A stretch of 64,000 bases of DNA from Felis catus (taxonomy: Eukaryota): the NCBI RefSeq assembly GCF_018350175.1, contig NC_058368.1, positions 136,526,001-136,590,000 of the forward strand, in the 5' to 3' direction. Shown here one piece after another: positions 36,581 to 49,476 of this stretch. Each line of letters opens with the position of its first letter. The stretch's first letter is position 1. The notes beneath the pieces were generated by a model. It saw only the letters and a program-made list of their open reading frames with translations, did no database searches and was not told the origin of the DNA. A program made the position numbers and the translations under genes.

Positions 36581-37804
36581 TTCACCATCATCAATGGGAT
36601 TTATGGGATCAATGGGAATGTAAGGGTGGTTCAATATTCACAAATCAATTAATGTGATACATCACGTCAACCATATGATCATTTCAGCAGATGCAGAAAA
36701 AGTATTTGACAAGGTACAACATCAATTGGTGATAAAAACTCTCTACAAAGTAGGTTTAGAGGGAACATGCCTCTACATAATAAAGGCCTTTAAAAAACGT
36801 AAAGGCCTTAAAAAACTGCTGTATTCCTATACACTAGTAATGAAGCAGCAGAAAGTGAAATTAAAACAATTCCATTTTCAATTATACCCAAAACAATGAA
36901 ATAGTTTGGAATAAACTTAACCAAAGAGGTGAAAGACCTGTACTCTGAAAACTATAAAACACTGATGAAAGAAATTGAAGATAGCACAAAAAAAGGGAAA
37001 GTCATTCCATGCTCATGGCATGGACGAACAAATATTGTTAAAATGTCTACGCTACCCAAAGCAGTCTACACATTTAATGCAATCCCTATCAAAATCCAGT
37101 AGCATTTTTCAAAGAACTAGAACAAACAATCCTAAAATTTGCATGGAACTCTGAAAGATCCCAAATAGCCAACACATTCTTAAAAAAGAAAAACAAAAGT
37201 GGAGGTATCACAATTCCAGACTTCCAGTTATATTACAAAATGGTAGTGATCAAAACAGCATGGTAATCAATTCAGTAATCAATGGAACAGAATAGAAAAC
37301 ACAGAAATAAACCCACAATTATATGGCCAATTAATCTTTGATGAAGCAGGAAAGAATATCCAGGGGGAAAATGTTTCATCCACAGATGGTGCTGGGAAAA
37401 CTGGACATCTACAAGCAGAAGAATGAAACTAGATCACTTTCTTACACTATACACAAAAATAAACTGGTGTAAGGCCTAAATGTGAGGCCTGAAACCATAG
37501 AAATCCTAGAAGAGAGCACAGGCAGTCATGTCTCTGACATCAGCCGCCTCAACATTTTTCAACATTCTAGATCTGTCTCCTGAGGCAAGAAGAACAAAAG
37601 CAAAAATAAACTATTGGGACTACATAAAAATAAAAAGCTTCCACACAGCAAAGGAAACAATGAACAAGACTAAAAGGCAACCTACAGAATGAGAGAAGAT
37701 ACTTGCAAGTGTTGTATCTGATAAACGGTTAGTATCTAAAATATATAAAGAACTTATAAAACTCAACACCCCAAAAAAACAATATGATTAAAAAATAAAC
37801 AGAA

Positions 37805-38009
37805 GGGGCACCTGGGTGGCTTAGTTGAGCATCTGACCCTTGGTTTTGGCTCAGGTCATGCTCTCGTGGTTTGTGAGTTCAAGCCCCACATCGGGCTCTG
37901 CACTGGCAGTGTGGAGCCTGCTTGGGATTATCTCTCTCTCTGCCCTCCCCACTCATTCTCTCTCTCTTTTTCTGTCTCTCTTTATCAAAATATTAAAAAA
38001 AAATTTAAC
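37805..38009 (+). mobile_element. Carnivore SINEC nested in L1
   Basis: Head 'ggggcacctgggtggcttag'; TSD aaaataaacagaa / aaaataagcagaa. Confidence 0.96.
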
Positions 38010-38476
38010 AAAATAAGCAGAAGACATGAATCCACATTTCTCCAAAGAAGACATTCAGATGTCCAACAGACCCATGATCGGGAAATACAAATCAAAACTT
38101 CAATAAGATATCACCTCACACCTGTTAGAATGGTTAAAATAAAAAAACCCACAAGAAACAACAAGTGTTGACGAGCATGTGAAGAAAAAAGAACCTTTTT
38201 GCACTGTTGGTGGGAATGTTGGTGTTGGTGGGAATGTAACCTGGTGCAGCCATTATGGAAAATAGTATGGAGTTTCCTCAAAAGGTTAAAAATAGAATTA
38301 CCTTACTATCCAGTAATGGCATTACTGGGTATTTACCCAAAGAATACAAACACTAATTCAAAGGGATACATGTATCCCTATGTTTATAGCAGTATTATTT
38401 ACAATAGCCAAATTATGGAAGTAGCCCAAGTGTCCATCAGAAGATGAATGGGCAAAGTAGATGTGAGAAGATACCA

Positions 38477-38479
<3 letters not shown>

Positions 38480-38542
<63 letters not shown>
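38480..38542. repeat. Compound (TA)n(CA)n microsatellite within L1
   Basis: Direct reading. Confidence 0.95.
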
Positions 38543-38543
<1 letters not shown>

Positions 38544-40468
38544 GCAATGGAATATTATTCAGCCATAAAAACAATGAAGTCTTGCCATTTGCAATGACAT
38601 GAACAGAGCCAGAGAGTAGAATGCTAAGCAAAATAAGTGAGAACAAGACAAATACCATACTATTTCACCCATACGTGGAATTTAAGAAACAAAAGAAATG
38701 ACAAAGGAAAAAGAAAAGAGACAAACCAAGAAAAAGACTCTTATCTGTAGAGAACACGCTGATGGTTACCAGAGGGAAGGTGGGTGGGGAGACAGGTAAA
38801 ATAGGTGATTGGGATTAAAGAGTACACTTAACATGATGAGCACTGAGTAATGTATATAATTGTTGAGTCATTACATTGTGTACCTGAAACTAATAGAGCA
38901 CTGTATGTTAACTATACTGGAATTAAAATTAAAAACCTTATAAAAAAATATTTTGAACTGAATGGAATTGAGAGCACATGTCAAAATTTGTGGGATGCAA
39001 CCAAAGAAATACTTTGAAATTTATAGCATTAAATCCTTATTATTAGACAACAAGAAAGGTATAAAATAAATAATCAGTAAGACAATGGCAAAGTCAACAA
39101 AATAAAAAATTGTTTCATTGAAAAAGATTGATGAGATCTATGAATCCAGAGCAAGATGGACAGGGAAAAGACAGAAAATATAAATTAATATCATTAAAGA
39201 AAGAGGACATCACTACAACTCCTATAGACATTGAAGGGATAATAATAAAATATTATGAATAAATTTTATGGAAATAAATTTGGAAATTAAGATAAACTAG
39301 CCAAATTTACTGGAAGATGTAACTTATAGCACAAGAACTATAAAATGTGAATAGCCACATATCTGTTTAAGAAATTGAATTTATAATTAAAACTTTCACA
39401 CAAAGAGAACTCCAGTCCAAATAGTTTCACAGATGTGTTCTAACATTTCTGAGTAGGAAATAATATCAATTCTAAACACACTTTCAGAATAGAGAGGAAA
39501 AGGGGGACACTTCCTAACTGACTTTATGAGGTCACCGTAACCCTGATATCAAAAGCTGACAAGGACATTGAAAAAATAAATTACAGACCAATATCCTTCC
39601 TAAGCCAAGATGCAAAAGTCCTTAACAGATATTAGCAAATTGAATCAAACAATATATAAAAAGGATAATACATCAAGACCAAGTGGGGGGATGTTCCAGG
39701 AAGGCAAGATTGGTATATTAATAAATCAACAGAAGTCAGCACATTAACAGAAAAAGAAAAAATATGATTAGTTCAAGAAATTCAGAAAATGATTTGACTA
39801 AATTCCAACATCCATTCATGACAAAAATAGAAGCTCTCAACAAACTAGGCATGAAAGAAAACTTCCTCATCCTGATAAAAGCCATCTCTATAGCTAACAT
39901 CATACAACAAAAGTAAAATACTGAATGTACTTCCCCCTACCATCAGTAATAAGGCAAGGGTATCTGTCTTACTACATGTATTCAGCATTGTACTGGAGAT
40001 CTTAGCCAGGGCAAAAAGGAAAGATTAAAAAAAAAAAAGAAGGATTGGAAAAGAGAAGTAAAACTATCTTTAGTCACAGAAGATGTAGCTGTATACACAA
40101 ATAATCTGATTCTAAAGGAATCTACCAAAAACTATTAAAACTAATAAGTGAATTTAGCAAGGACACAGCACATAAAGTAACTAAAAATCAATTGTATTTC
40201 CATATACCAGGAATAAAAATTGTCAAATGAAATATAAAACTTCATATTTATGTTTACAATGGCATTACAAAGCATAAAATACTGAGGACTAGGTTTATCA
40301 GAACATGTGTAACATCCCTATACTAAAAACTAGAAACTACAAAACATTGTTGAAACAAATGAAGAAAACATAAATAAATGGAGATACACCCTGTTCATGG
40401 CTGATAAGACCCAGTGTTGTTAAGATGTCATTTTTTCCCAGTTTTTCTAAAGATCCAAAGCAATTCCC

Positions 40469-42045
40469 CCAAAGCAATCTACAGATTTATTGTAATCCCT
40501 GTCAAAATACCAACAGCATTTTTTTGAAAACTAGAACAAACAATCCGAAAATTTATTTGGAACCTCAAAAGACCCTGAATAGCCAAAGCAATCCTGAAAA
40601 AGAAGAAAAATAGAGGTATAAGAATCCCAGATTTCAAGATATACTACAAACCTATAGCAATCAAAACAGTACTGGCACAAAAACTGACAAATAGATCAAT
40701 GGAACAGAATAGAGAGTCCAGAAATAAACCCACACTTATATAGTCAATTAATTTATGACAAAGGAGGCAAGAACATACAAAGGGGAAAAAGTCTCTTCAA
40801 CAAATGGGAGTGGGAAAACTGGATAGCTACATGCAAAAGAATGAAACTGGACCACTTTATTACACCATACACAAAAAAATAAACTGAAAATGAATTAAAG
40901 ACCTGAATGTGAAACTTGAAACCATAAAACTCCTAAGAAGAAAACACAGACAACAGTCTCTTTGACATCAGCCATAGAAACATTTTTCTAGATACATCTC
41001 CTGAGGCAAGGGAAACAAAAGCAACATTAAACTGCTGGTACCACACCAAAAATAAAAAGCTTCTTCACAGTGAAGGACCATCAATGAAACAAAAAGATGA
41101 CCCACCAAATAGGAGAAGATAGTTGTAAATGATACATCCCATAACAGGTTAATATCCAAAATATACAAAGAACTTCTACAACTCAGCACCAAAAAACAAT
41201 CTGATTAAAAATGGGCAGAAGACATGAACAGATATGTCTCCAAATATGGCATACAGATGACCAACAGACACATGAAAAGATGCTCAACATCCTTCATCAT
41301 CAGGGAAATACAAATCAAAACTACAATAAGGTATCACCTCATACCTGTCAGAATGGCTAAAATCAAAACACAAGAAACAAGCATGCGCAAGGATGTGGAG
41401 AAAAACCCTCATGCACTGTTGGTAGGAGTTGCAAACTGGTGCAGCCACTATGGAAAAATAATGTGGACATTCCTCAAGAAATTAAAAATAGAATTACCAT
41501 ATGATCCAGTAATTTCACTACTAGATATTTACCCAAAGAATATGAAAGCACTAATTTGAAAAGATAGACACACCCCTATGTTTACTGCAGCATTATTTAC
41601 AATAGCCAAGATATGGAAACCCAAGTGCCCATCCATAGATGAATAAAGACGATGTGGTGTGTTTGTATACAATGGAATATCAGCCAAAGAACAAAGTCTT
41701 GCCATCTGCAACAACCTGGATGGATTTAGGGGATATTGTGCTAAGTGAAATAAGTCAGAGAAAGACAAATACCATATGATTTCATTCATATGTGGAATTT
41801 AAGAAACAAATGAACAAAGAAAAAAAGACAAAAAACTCAGACTTAAATATAGAGAACAAACTGGTTGGGGGTGGGGGTGAGGGTGGGGGGGGGTGGAGGG
41901 ATGGGTGAAATAGGTGAAGGGGATTAAGAGTGCACTTATCCTGATGAGCACTGAGTAATGTATAGAATTGTTGAGTCACTATATTGTATACCTGAAACTA
42001 ATATAGTACCGTATGTTAATTATACTGGAATAAATATTTTTAAAA
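40469..42045 (+). mobile_element. Carnivore L1 3' 1.6 kb nested in the old L1M
   Basis: ORF 41224-41559 ...[25 protein letters not shown]...[10 protein letters not shown]; 3'UTR like that of 34767-38944; much less decayed than the flanking host L1. Confidence 0.93.
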
Positions 42046-42058
42046 TGTAGTGGGAAGA

Positions 42059-42194
42059 GGGGTGCCTGGGTGGCTCAGTTGGTTAAGAGACCAACTTTGG
42101 CTCAGGTCATGATCTTGGAGTTTGTGAGTTCGAGCCCTATCGTCAGGCTCTGTGCTGACAGCTCAGAGTCTGGAGCCTGCTTCTAATTCTGTGT
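42059..42194 (+). mobile_element. 3'-truncated SINEC (no CT tract, no tail)
   Basis: Head 'ggggtgcctgggtggctcagttggttaag'; stops at 'ttctgtgt' and joins old L1 sequence. Confidence 0.93.
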
Positions 42195-42331
42195 AATCCC
42201 AATTAAAATCCCAGCAAGTCTTTTTTTGTTTGCTTTTGTTCTTTGTTTTTTTGTTTTGGTAGAAACTGTCAAGCTGATACTAAAATTTAGATAAAAATAA
42301 AAAGGAACTACAATAGTGAAAACAATCTTGA

Positions 42332-42530
42332 GGGGCACCTGGGTGGCTGAGTCCATTAAACATCTGACTTGGGCTCAGGTCATCATCTCATTGTTCATAA
42401 ATCAGTGCCCCGCCTGGGCCTTTCTGCTGTCAGCACAGAGCCTGCTTTAGATCCTTGCTCTCCCTCTCTCCCTGCCCCTCCCCCACTTGCACTCTCTGTC
42501 TCTGAAAAAATAAATAAAACTTAAAAAAAA
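42332..42530 (+). mobile_element. Carnivore SINEC nested in old L1
   Basis: Head 'ggggcacctgggtggctgag'; TSD-like aaaacaatcttga / aaaaaaaccttga. Confidence 0.95.
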
Positions 42531-43899
42531 AACCTTGAAAAAAATACAAAGTTGGAGAACTTAAATTCCCTACTTTCAAGAGTAAATTTAAAACCAAAGT
42601 AATTAGGACAGTTGGTAGTGACATAAGGATAGACAAATAGATCAACTGCGCAGAAGTAAGATTCCGCATATAGAGTCACTTGGTTTTCTATAAAGGCACC
42701 ATAGCAAATCAACAGGGAAAGGAAAGCCTTTTCTACAAATGATGCTGGATTAACTATTCAGCAAATCAATGAACCCCAAGTACTACCTATACCATATCCT
42801 AGACTTAACCTTGAGATGAATCATAGACCTGAAGGTTTCCTAAGCCTCTTTAAGGAAAGTGGGAAGAATACCTTTGTGAGCTTAGGATAGGCAAAGTTTC
42901 TTGTTGTCGTTGTTTTTTTGTTTTGTTTCATTTTGTTTTTTAAGCAGCAGATAGTAAGCAGTAACCACAAGAAAAAGAATTTGCAAAATTAGACTTCTCC
43001 AAAGCAAAAACTGCTCAGCTTTCTTCTGGTCTGAGGCAGACTTACTTCTTTTCTGACAAACGATTTGTAACCAGAGTATTTAAAGAAATCCTTAGTATCA
43101 ATAATAAAAAAACCCCCACAAGCCCATATAAAAATTGAACAAGGAGTTATACAGACACTTCACAAAATATGCAAATGATCTGCATGCACATGAAAATATG
43201 CTTAATATCACTAGCCATAAGAGAAATGCAAATTAAAACCACGCTGAGATTCTCTTTCACTTTGTAAGGTGGCTAAAATAGAAAAGAACACCAAATATTA
43301 GCAAGAATGTATATTTGCTGACACAATCTTTTCAGATAAATGTTTGGCTCTTTCTCACCAAGTTAAACATGTATCTATCCCATGACCCAGAAATCCATTC
43401 CTAGGTATTTATCCAGAGAAATGAAAACATATGTCCACAAAAACGCCTCTATAAGAATATTCATAGCTGCGTGAGTCATGATTGCCAAAATCTGGAAACT
43501 CCAACATCTACCACAGGAGAACAGACAAGCACGTTCATAAGTGTAATCTGCTCAGCAATAAAAAGAAATCAATTACTGAAACCTGCAAGCAACTGGATGA
43601 ATCTCAAAAATATTAAGTGGAACGAAAGAAGTCTGACATCCAAGAGTACAAAACATATTATAATTCCATTTTTAAAAGTCTAACATAATCAATGGTGATA
43701 GAAATCCAGACAACGGTTGTCTCTGGCAAAGACTTGGGGGGCTTTAGGAAACATTTTGAAGTGATAGTAATATTCTAGATCCTGTGTGCTTTGTTTTAGG
43801 GTTTGGATTAATTGGGTATGTACATTTGCAAAACTCACCGAACACTTAAGATCTGTGCATTTCTTTATATGTAAATTATAGCTTAAAAAGAAACAAGAA

Positions 43900-44005
43900 A
43901 CCATTGAGTATCTGCTATATATCAGGCATTGTTCTAGGTGCTAGTGATAGAACTGTACACAAACTGACAAAAACACCTCTGCCCTTGTGAAGGTTAATTC
44001 TAGAT
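43900..44005 (-). mobile_element. L2 3' end
   Basis: 'attgagtatctgctatatatcaggcattgttctaggtgctag...ctctgcccttgtgaag'. Confidence 0.75.
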
Positions 44006-44971
44006 TACGTAAATAAACTTCTGATGTGCTAAACTGAACCATGCAATTACAGGTTTACCCCTGCCCGTAGAAAGAGGCTCAGGGTATCACACCTCCTCGC
44101 CCCTCCCCATCAGCCACCTTACTACACTGGTGGCCAATGGCCTTGTGAGAGACAGGCCAGCCCACCTGTTGGGAAGTGGTGTGTCGGCATTCGGCATTTC
44201 CCATAGGACAAGATGTACTAACTGAACTGAAGACCCTTCTGGGCCATATTTCATTTCTGTGTAAAGCAGCATTTATTCAATTACATGCCTTGGGTTGGAT
44301 TCACGGGAACAGCCTTGGTTTGGGCCTAGGGTGCAGGGGAGGCAGCAGTGAGGCCGCTGCAGAATCTGTGATCTTATCCGTGGGCAGAAGCTGGGCCCTA
44401 CGCTGACCTATTAAGGGTGTGCTTTACCAAGCGCTTTGGGCAGACTTGAGGGAGTACAGACAGCTAAGACAGAAGTTTAAGGCCAAGTTGCATACTGGCA
44501 ACTCCAGCCAGCCTAGGGGCTGTCAGCCTTTTGTGGACTGGCTAGGCTCTTTTTTTCACCTCCTTGTTTTCCCTTTGGCATAGCCAACTCCAACACAGCT
44601 TTGGCTGAGAAAGTAACAAGGTGACCTGAGAAGGTAAGAAGTCATTGTGGGGACATTTCTTTGTTTTAGTTCACCCCAGAAAGCTACTTGATAATATACT
44701 ATTAGAAGGCAGAGTGCCAAGATGCAGTATGAATATATTGTGGAGGGTGCTAAAATGGGTGAGGGTGGGAAGTTGCTAGTAGGAAAGACCAAGGTGATTT
44801 TCAGGGTTCTTTCTAGATGTCAACAATGTGTGATGTTGTTGGATGCCTTCTTTTTCTACTAAGAATTTGACAAAGTTTTATTACTACTACTATTTACATA
44901 ATGACTTTTATATTTTATAAAGCACATTTCTTACAATAATCACAGCTAGCTTTATTGATTGTTTGTGTTCG

Positions 44972-45641
44972 GGAGGGCTATCTTAGGTTCCCCTAGAAGT
45001 AGACTCTGTAAAAAGAATTCAAGAGTGGGGTGCCTGGGTCGCTCAGTTGGTTGGGCAGCTGAATTCAGCTCAGGTTATGATCTCATGGTCCGTGGGTTCG
45101 AGCCCTGCATTAGGCTCTGTGCTGACGGCTCAAAGCGTGGAGCCTGCTTCGGATTCTGTGTCTCCCTCTCTCTCTGCCTCACCCCTGCTCATGCCCTGTC
45201 TCCTTCTCTCTCAAAGATAAACATTAAGAAAAATTTAAAAAATAATTCAAGTGCAAATTAAGCCTCTCCCAATTCATTTGGAAGATAGACAAAAAATTGG
45301 TAGAGGAGCAGGGAAGTGAGACAGGGAGGAAAAGTCAGCCAATAAAAGGTGCATTTGGGGGCCACTTCCCACTGGAAGAACATGAGACAATACCTGAGTT
45401 ATCCTACCTCAGAGGGAAGGTTAGTGGGTCATTTATGTAACTATCATTATACATCGGTTGAGGGCTGTTTCTTGGAGGGACACTCATTCTCTGGCATATT
45501 GAGCCCACCTCTTGGACAGCAGAGCTGGTCGGGCAGCAAGAACATGCCCTCAGAAAAGAAATGCAGATATTGGCAATTGGAAGTGGAGCTGGAGATCCCT
45601 GAACAGTAAGATGGGTGGGAGACCAATGGCATGTGTTATGC
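44972..45641 (-). mobile_element. LTR33-like ERVL solo LTR, split by a SINE
   Basis: 'ggttcccctagaagtagactctg...gggaagtgagacagggaggaaaagtcagccaataaaaggtgc' is characteristic of antisense LTR33. Confidence 0.72.
45027..45238 (+). mobile_element. Carnivore SINEC
   Basis: Head 'ggggtgcctgggtcgctcag', B-box ggttcgagcc; TSD aaaaagaattcaag / aaaaataattcaag. Confidence 0.96.
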
Positions 45642-45825
45642 AGCACTGTGCTAAATACCTCATACACATTTTTAACTGAACAGTCACAACAACTCCATGA
45701 CTTGGTATCATGGCTTCCATTTTAAGGAGAGGCAGCTAGGACACAGAGAGGTTCAGTAGCTTCATCAAGGTTGAATGAGGGATGGAGAGTTGGGACTTCT
45801 GACCCCAGAACTCATTCTTACTGTG
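45642..45825 (-). mobile_element. MIR SINE
   Basis: 'gcactgtgctaaatacctcatacacatt...tcacaacaactccatga...cacagagaggttcagtagctt'. Confidence 0.7.
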
Positions 45826-46775
45826 CTGTTCTGTGTTGCGTTTCTTAATTCCTTTATCTCCACACTAAACAAGAGACATTTCTCTTCATTTTATACATAA
45901 GGAAATGGAGGCTCACAAGGTATCAGACAACTTGCTTGCAGTCTTCCCATGAGCTGGAAGGAGAGCCCAGGCTGCCCTCTGAAGCCCACATACATCCCCA
46001 AAATGCCCTGTCTGGCTATGAGATTTATGCTCCTCATTTGCCTGCCTCCTCACTAAGGACTGTGGTTTTTCTTACGCTCTAGTCTTTGGAAGGTTTTATT
46101 TATAACTCCCTCTAAACGGGCTTCCCGAAAAACCCATCGTTCCATACAGCAATGCTTAGAGCTAATTGCTCAGGCAGCCTCTCTCATCAGCCTCAACTTA
46201 GGGAGAATTTACTTGATTTACTTGCTTTCAATTTCTAAGCCTTCGTTTGTTTGCTTCCTTAAACAAATTAGACCTCAAGTCTTTGAAGATGGACTATCAG
46301 AGAGGATATACTCTGCATTCAGCATAAAAATTAAGCGAAGTCTAAGATCAGGTGTTTAGAAAGAGATATTTTGGTCACATTTGATCACAGTAAACTAATC
46401 TTTTTCTGTGCTTAAATTTTCCCTTTGAACTCAGAGGAAAAATACCTTCTTGAGCCTCTAAGACCACCTGGTTTGACCCTAGCATTCCTGTAGATGTCTG
46501 AGCCACAGCTAATTAGATAGCAGACAGGAAGATCTTATTCTACATACAAAAGCCCAGCAAATATAAGGGTGAGAATTCTGACAGAGCCAAAGAAATCAGG
46601 AGACACCGTAGAATAATACTCCCCCAAAATGGCCCAAAGAAGGCCTCATCCATGGCTTGAATTCTTCCACATAACCAAAAGAGAATTAATTTAGTTCTCC
46701 AGGTTTCCAACCCACTGGAGGTTAGCCATTGGCTTTACATCCATATACCTGGCTTTCTATCTCTGTGTGGGGAGA

Positions 46776-49476
46776 TGTGTCAACCACTGAGGTATGCTGC
46801 TGAGATACCCTTTCGAGAGAACCTGCTGCAAAGAGGGTAGCTGGCAGGTATCTTCAAGATGCTACAAATTCAGATCTCCTGCAGACTTCACATTGAGGCC
46901 ATGCTCTCTCTGGTTTGCCTCCAGCCAGGACTGACCATAGTAGAGACACTAAAGCCATAACATTCCTATCAGACATAAAACTCCTATGATAGGAAATATT
47001 TCCTCTGGGGCTCCTCATCTGCCTAGGTCTTCTCAGATCTGCTCTGCAGTCTGGGTTCTCCTTCCTATCCCTTCTTAACTCTATTCTTTTAAACATTACA
47101 TTCTGAAGACAATCCCCACCTACTTCTGCTCCTTCTTCACAAACATTCCCCCAGTGAATCTCTAACACATCTAATTCTATTTTGGTGTCCCTACTTGGAG
47201 CACTCACGCTTTTACAGTTGGTACATAGAATGGGGTTTTGGAGACTAGCTCACTCACCTCATGGCTAGCAAAAAGAATCCTAGCCCAAATGAAATGTGGT
47301 ATAGGGATAGTTCCCGGAATAAAGCGGTATGCCTCAAATGCTGAAGGTTTCATGGTCAGTGACCTAGAAAAACGTCCCGATGGAGGAGAATGTCTTTGCC
47401 AATGAAGTGATTCAGGCATTTGAAATACATGAGGGAAACAACTCCAAGGCCAGTTGTTACTAAATTGTACTGACACACTGGAGAGGGATAAACAGAAACT
47501 TAGGGCCATTAACAAACAATTCAGGACTAAGTGTGAGGACTGTACAGCCTCTCTGGAAACTTACACAGTCTCTCATCTCCTACAATGGAATAAAGATCAT
47601 AGATGAAGAGTCTGGATCTAACAGTTTCTTAGAGCTCCAGAGATAATTAAATGGTCAACAAAGACAAGGCCATTATGCTAAGGTCTGGGCCCTAGCTGGG
47701 AAAACTTTGGACTATGCAACTTTGGATGGGGGGCATCTGGGAGGATACCCCTCCAAATTTTACTTATGTCCTGGCAGATGGTAAAAGAAGGAGTTTTAAA
47801 ATTCAGAAGGAAAGAATACTAGAATCAGTAGTTTATGTGAGATCAGAAGACCCACCAGAGGGACTGTATTGCATTGGAGAGTTCAGAGGACACAGTCTTC
47901 ATCAGGACCATCAGGAATATGCTATGAAGTTCAGTAGTGGCAGGACAAAGCTGGGCTTACTGATAGCAATGGGAAGTGGAGCCTGGAAGTAATAGAGGCC
48001 AGGTGGCAGCACTGGACCACTAGAACTAGGGGGCTGCAATTACCATAATGCCTGGCAATGTCAGAGAGGCAGCCAAGGGCCCTTGACCACAGAGAATTAT
48101 GGAGATGGTCAGGGGAACGTGACCAAATAGACAAGAAACCAAATGTACTGCTTAGTACAATCAGAAGAGGAAAAGAATAGAGGAGAGGGAGACTAAAGGC
48201 AGTTACCTCAATAGAAGATCATGATCATTTACTCAGTGAGTAGCCCTGAGATGGTTTTCTGATTTGAAATCCAATGACTGAAGAGGTGGCCAGATCTCCA
48301 AGAGAAGGGCCCTGCAACATGATGGCAAGTATAAACTACAATGACTTCCTCAGTCCTGCCTCAAAAACACCTATGGCTATGTACTTGGGTGACTGCGCTG
48401 CGGGAAAATGTATACTCAGACACTTCAAGAAGTATTAGACACAGAGTCTGAGTTGACATTGACACCCAAAGACGCCAAATATTTTCACAGTCCCATAATG
48501 AATGGAGACCTGGCTAGTCTGGTTTACAGTAGGCTCAAGGGTCCACGGAACCATACTTGGCAATTGGAGTACTGACCTCTTGGACTGTGGGCAAGTAAGA
48601 GTGAGAATAGTGGGGAAAGGTCAACTGGAAGCCTCTGAAGTAAGTAAAAACAGTATCCCATTCAAAGTCTTTTTTTTTAGAAGGCAGTGGATGGATGACT
48701 GGAGACTGCCACAACCTCAAATAGTGGCTCTGATTACAGTGCTGTTTCAGACATGGTATCTTTGCTACAGCTGATTCATAAGGTCTCAGAGGCAGATGGT
48801 TTAAGGCTGTTGACTTGGCTTCTTCATTATTTCTACTCCAATCAAAAAAAAAAATCAGAAAATCAGAAACAGTTTATTTTTACATGAACAGACAACAGTA
48901 TTTATTTCATGTTGCTCCAGGGCTGTGTTAACTTTCCCATTTGCTCTCATAATACACCTGAATGGTTCTGGTGTATCAGAAGGAAAGAATTCTAGCATTT
49001 CTGTGGAAATGGCAGCCATGGAAGTACTCCACTCAGATCTCCTTTCAAGAGAAGCAGCAATGAGCAGAGTAGTTCCTCGTTCCTGGGCAGCTTCAAGCTA
49101 TCACCTTGTTTCTAATGCAGCATCATTTTGTGGCCTTGCTTTCCATGGGCTCCTGCTAGCCAGTGACCAAGCACGGGAAGGAGCTGAGAGCTGGGCCATA
49201 CCTGCTCCAGGTGGGACTCCTGTAATGGGCAGTGTTTACACAGGTGTCCCTCTTGGTCTGGCTGAGAAGTTACCAGAGTTTCACCAACATTGAAACCTTC
49301 TCCTATTCAGTTTTCCCCTCTTCCCTCTCCTTGAACAGCTATTAGCCCTGCACAGGGATCTGAAGGCTCTCTCTGCTCACTCCTGCTCCCTCTCCCCTGC
49401 CCCTTTTATAAACATTTCCCTTCTGCATTTTTTATTCTGGTTGGGATCTACTTCTTAGAGGACCCAAAATGGCACA
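46776..49476 (+). mobile_element. Two-LTR ancient ERVL provirus (LTR16-like), internally deleted
   Basis: 5' LTR 46776-47216 (TG..CA), PBS-like tggtacatagaatggggt, protease relic LDTESELTLTPK at 48435, RT relic LQGCVNFP near 48915, 3' LTR ~49010-49476; flanks ggaga / ggagg. Confidence 0.85.

Larger units (their letters stand above)
34767..38944 (+). mobile_element. Carnivore L1, 4.2 kb, 5'-truncated at the ORF2 start, nested in the old L1M
   Basis: Begins near atggcaataaat (MAINAYL*IITLNVN), runs to 3'UTR and A tail; perfect 18-bp TSD aaaatattttgaactgaa at 34749-34766 and 38945-38962; ORF2 multiply disrupted. Confidence 0.96.
33605..43900 (+). mobile_element. Old L1M (ORF2 start to 3'UTR) in host segments ~33605-34766, 38963-40468, 42195-43900
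   Basis: Collinear degenerate ORF2: 'aaatgttaatggactaaatgctccc' (EN start), 'ttacagaccaatatcc', 'ttgtactggagatcttagcc' (RT), 3'UTR ending 'gtaaattatagcttaaaaag'. Confidence 0.85.

Noticed and set aside
41862..41906. G-quadruplex-like G runs
   Set aside because: Expanded version of the ordinary G-rich tract of L1 3'UTRs.
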